Shown here piece by piece: positions 61,979-64,000 of a DNA stretch of 64,000 nucleotides. Under the pieces are notes generated by a model. It ran no database searches. It worked only from the letters and a program-made list of their open reading frames with translations, and was not told the DNA's origin. The stretch's first letter is position 1, and every line of letters starts with the position of its first letter. Source of the DNA: an uncultured delta proteobacterium (GTDB lineage Bacteria > Myxococcota_A > Polyangia > Fen-1088). The position numbers and the translations under genes were made by a program. The DNA is taken from assembly GCA_963755125.1 (NCBI GenBank), contig CAVWIP010000015.1:256001-320000 (forward strand), given 5' to 3'.

Positions 61979-62965
61979 CTACCCGCGCTTCATGGCGTCG
62001 GTCACTTCGTCCACCGTGGTCAGGCCGGAACGCGAGCCCAGGCTGCGGCACGCCAGTCCTGCGGCGGCGTTGGCAAAGGGCAGGGCGCGCTCCAGCGGCC
62101 AGTGCTTGAGCTGGGCGTAGGCGAAGGCACCGCAGAAGGCGTCGCCCGCTCCGGTGGTGTCTTCCACGAACACGTCGATGGCGTCCTGCTGGACCAGCTT
62201 GCTGCCCTCCAGGGCGACCGCGCCGGCCTCGCCCATGGTGATGACCGCGATGCGCGGGCCCAGCCGCGTGATCTCGCGCAGGCTGTGCGCCAGCTCGTCC
62301 GAGGGCGCCAGCTCGTTGGCAAAACGCTCTGACCCCACCACGATGTCGGATAGGGTCAGCAGTTCGCCCATGCCGCCCGAAAGCTGGCTGGCGTTGAGCA
62401 GCACCGTGATTCCCTTGGCGCGCGCCTTTTCCGCGACGGCGGCCTGCAGGGCCGGCTGCGACCCGTCGATGCACAGCAGGCCCGCGCCGTCGAGCAATCG
62501 GTCCGGTAGATCGCGCGTGGACAGCGGCGTGACGTTGCCCCGGGACACGAAGACCTTGCGCTTGTGGCTCAGTTCATCGATCTGGATGATCGAGACCGGA
62601 GACACCTTGCCCTTCTCGATGGCCAGCAGGGACGTGTCGATTTGTAGCTGTTCCAGCGAGCGCAGGATGAAACGGCCGAACTCATCGTCGCCCACGCGAC
62701 CGAAATAGCGGCCGCGAACCCCGAAGGTGGACAACACGGCCAGGATGTTGGTGGCGGAACCTCCCCCCTGCATGCTGAAGACCGATACCTCCACCAGCCG
62801 CTGCTCGACGCGCGGAACTACGCAAAGCAGGTCAACCGTCGCCAGGCCCACGCCCACCGCCAGATCGCCGTGTGGCGCAGCCGCGCCTCGACGGGAAGCC
62901 GGTCGGGTCACAGTCGCTGGCGTCTTCTTGCGGAGGGGTTTGCGGGGCGGGCGCGCTTTGACCAC
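61979..62965 (-). CDS. PfkB family carbohydrate kinase
   Basis: GGGSATN, VGDDEFG, DTTGAGDAFCG. Confidence 0.92.
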   Translation of the reverse strand: MVKARPPRKPLRKKTPATVTRPASRRGAAAPHGDLAVGVGLATVDLLCVVPRVEQRLVEVSVFSMQGGGSATNILAVLSTFGVRGRYFGRVGDDEFGRFILRSLEQLQIDTSLLAIEKGKVSPVSIIQIDELSHKRKVFVSRGNVTPLSTRDLPDRLLDGAGLLCIDGSQPALQAAVAEKARAKGITVLLNASQLSGGMGELLTLSDIVVGSERFANELAPSDELAHSLREITRLGPRIAVITMGEAGAVALEGSKLVQQDAIDVFVEDTTGAGDAFCGAFAYAQLKHWPLERALPFANAAAGLACRSLGSRSGLTTVDEVTDAMKRG

Positions 62966-63014
62966 GGGCTCATGCTACCACCCCATGAAAATTTTTCTTC
63001 TTCCACCGCGTAGT

Positions 63015-64000
63015 CTAGTTGGATTCGCGAACATCGGCTGATGCCGGAAGGAGGGGTCGATTTAGCGCACCCTGTCCCTCGATGAAGCGTTCCAGCGCCG
63101 CCACCGCTTTCGCGCAACTCGCGTTGGCGTAGTACGAGCGGCCCAAATAGTAGAGCAGTTCGGGCCGTCGCTTGACGTACTCGGGGTTGTCGGCCAAGGG
63201 CTTCAGCTCGTCGATGGCGTCGCCGTAGAACTCGGCCTTGTACTCGAGCACGCCGGTAAGCAGTGCGACGTCTTTGCCCAGCTTGCCGCCCCATGTCTCC
63301 TCGGGCCAGTCGTCGACGACTTTGAAAGCGCTGGCGAACTTGTTCTTGTCCACCAGCGCGACCATTTGCTGGTAATCCGCGCGCACGCGCTCGGCCACCG
63401 CAGGCGACAATCCCGGCGGCGGCACCGGCGCTTGCAGACCGTCCTCCGGGGCGAGCGCGATCTCGGGATCGCGATCTTCGCGCGTGGCGACCAGATCGAG
63501 CAGCAGGCGGGTGTGCGCCACCTCGGGGCCTCTCCCCGCAGCCTCGGCCCGGCGCTGCCACAGGTGGGCCTCGCGCGCCTTGCCGTGACCGAGCAGGCTG
63601 CGCGCCAGCCGCGCCATGGCCTCCGCGCGGTCAGGGCCGTCGTAGCCCGCCACCAGCTCGCTCAGGCGGCCGTAGGGCCACATCGGGCCGTAGATCTTGG
63701 CCAGGTAGGGATCGAACTTGGCGTAGCCCAAAAGATCGCGCGGGGCCGCAAACTCGATGAGCGCGTTGTCGTCGGTGTTGACCGCCGCGCCGGCGGTGAA
63801 CGAACGCAGTTCTTCGGGCCCGAGGAGCAGGAACGCGGGCACGTCGTGCGGCGAAGCGAAGCCGGCCCGCTTGGCCTCGGCCGCCGTGATGGGGTTTTCA
63901 AAGGCGCGCGCGATCCGGCGCACGTCCAGATCGATGGGGTGGCGGCTGGCGATCAGGATGGTGTCGGACGACAAGTCCTCGGCGGCGAACACCATCACAT
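63015..64000 (-). CDS. C-terminal part of a spermidine-synthase-like protein with TPR tail (runs off the window)
   Basis: ILIAS, NTDDNALIEFAAP motif and C-terminal TPR (LLYYLGRSYY). Confidence 0.7.
   Translation of the reverse strand, partial: VMVFAAEDLSSDTILIASRHPIDLDVRRIARAFENPITAAEAKRAGFASPHDVPAFLLLGPEELRSFTAGAAVNTDDNALIEFAAPRDLLGYAKFDPYLAKIYGPMWPYGRLSELVAGYDGPDRAEAMARLARSLLGHGKAREAHLWQRRAEAAGRGPEVAHTRLLLDLVATREDRDPEIALAPEDGLQAPVPPPGLSPAVAERVRADYQQMVALVDKNKFASAFKVVDDWPEETWGGKLGKDVALLTGVLEYKAEFYGDAIDELKPLADNPEYVKRRPELLYYLGRSYYANASCAKAVAALERFIEGQGALNRPLLPASADVRESN

Overview
High-GC bacterial DNA, most likely from a myxobacterium (Myxococcota). This is inferred from DUF4215-type Cys-rich repeats, a fibro-slime protein, Gly-rich lipoproteins and conserved myxobacterial hypotheticals. 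The window has two parts. (1) About 1-25.9 kb is a visibly lower-GC accessory region. It holds a radical SAM/SPASM gene facing a small Cys-tailed lipoprotein-like ORF, an AT-hook/Zn-finger protein and an IHF/HU gene. It also holds three differently decayed copies of one operon of Cys-rich lipoproteins, each headed by an 'MKEQDVR' leader ORF and linked by a conserved spacer. Mobility traces include a 3'-half tRNA-Leu(CAG) att-like remnant beside a tyrosine integrase with a single nonsense codon, a dif-like sequence, and many remnants (IS5, IS630, IS1634, DinB tail, separated IHF-beta pieces). The region ends with Gly-stalked surface lipoproteins (spherulin-4, LamG, fibro-slime). (2) About 25.9-64 kb is core-like: copA, PilX-like, aroE, aroK, xseA, cysS, an NTP-transferase/AEP-transaminase fusion, FKBP, a MerR-headed isc operon (iscSUA-hscBA-fdx), a second EF-G, a DHOD-like gene, an intact-looking IS5, a sigma54-type ABC/HlyD/TolC efflux locus with a two-component system, DoxX, a PfkB kinase and a partial spermidine-synthase-like gene. 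The best candidates for an undescribed system are the triplicated, module-shuffling Cys-rich lipoprotein operon with its possible RiPP-like leader protein, and the rSAM/SPASM plus lipoprotein-precursor pair. All calls are by-eye motif recognition; no searches were run.
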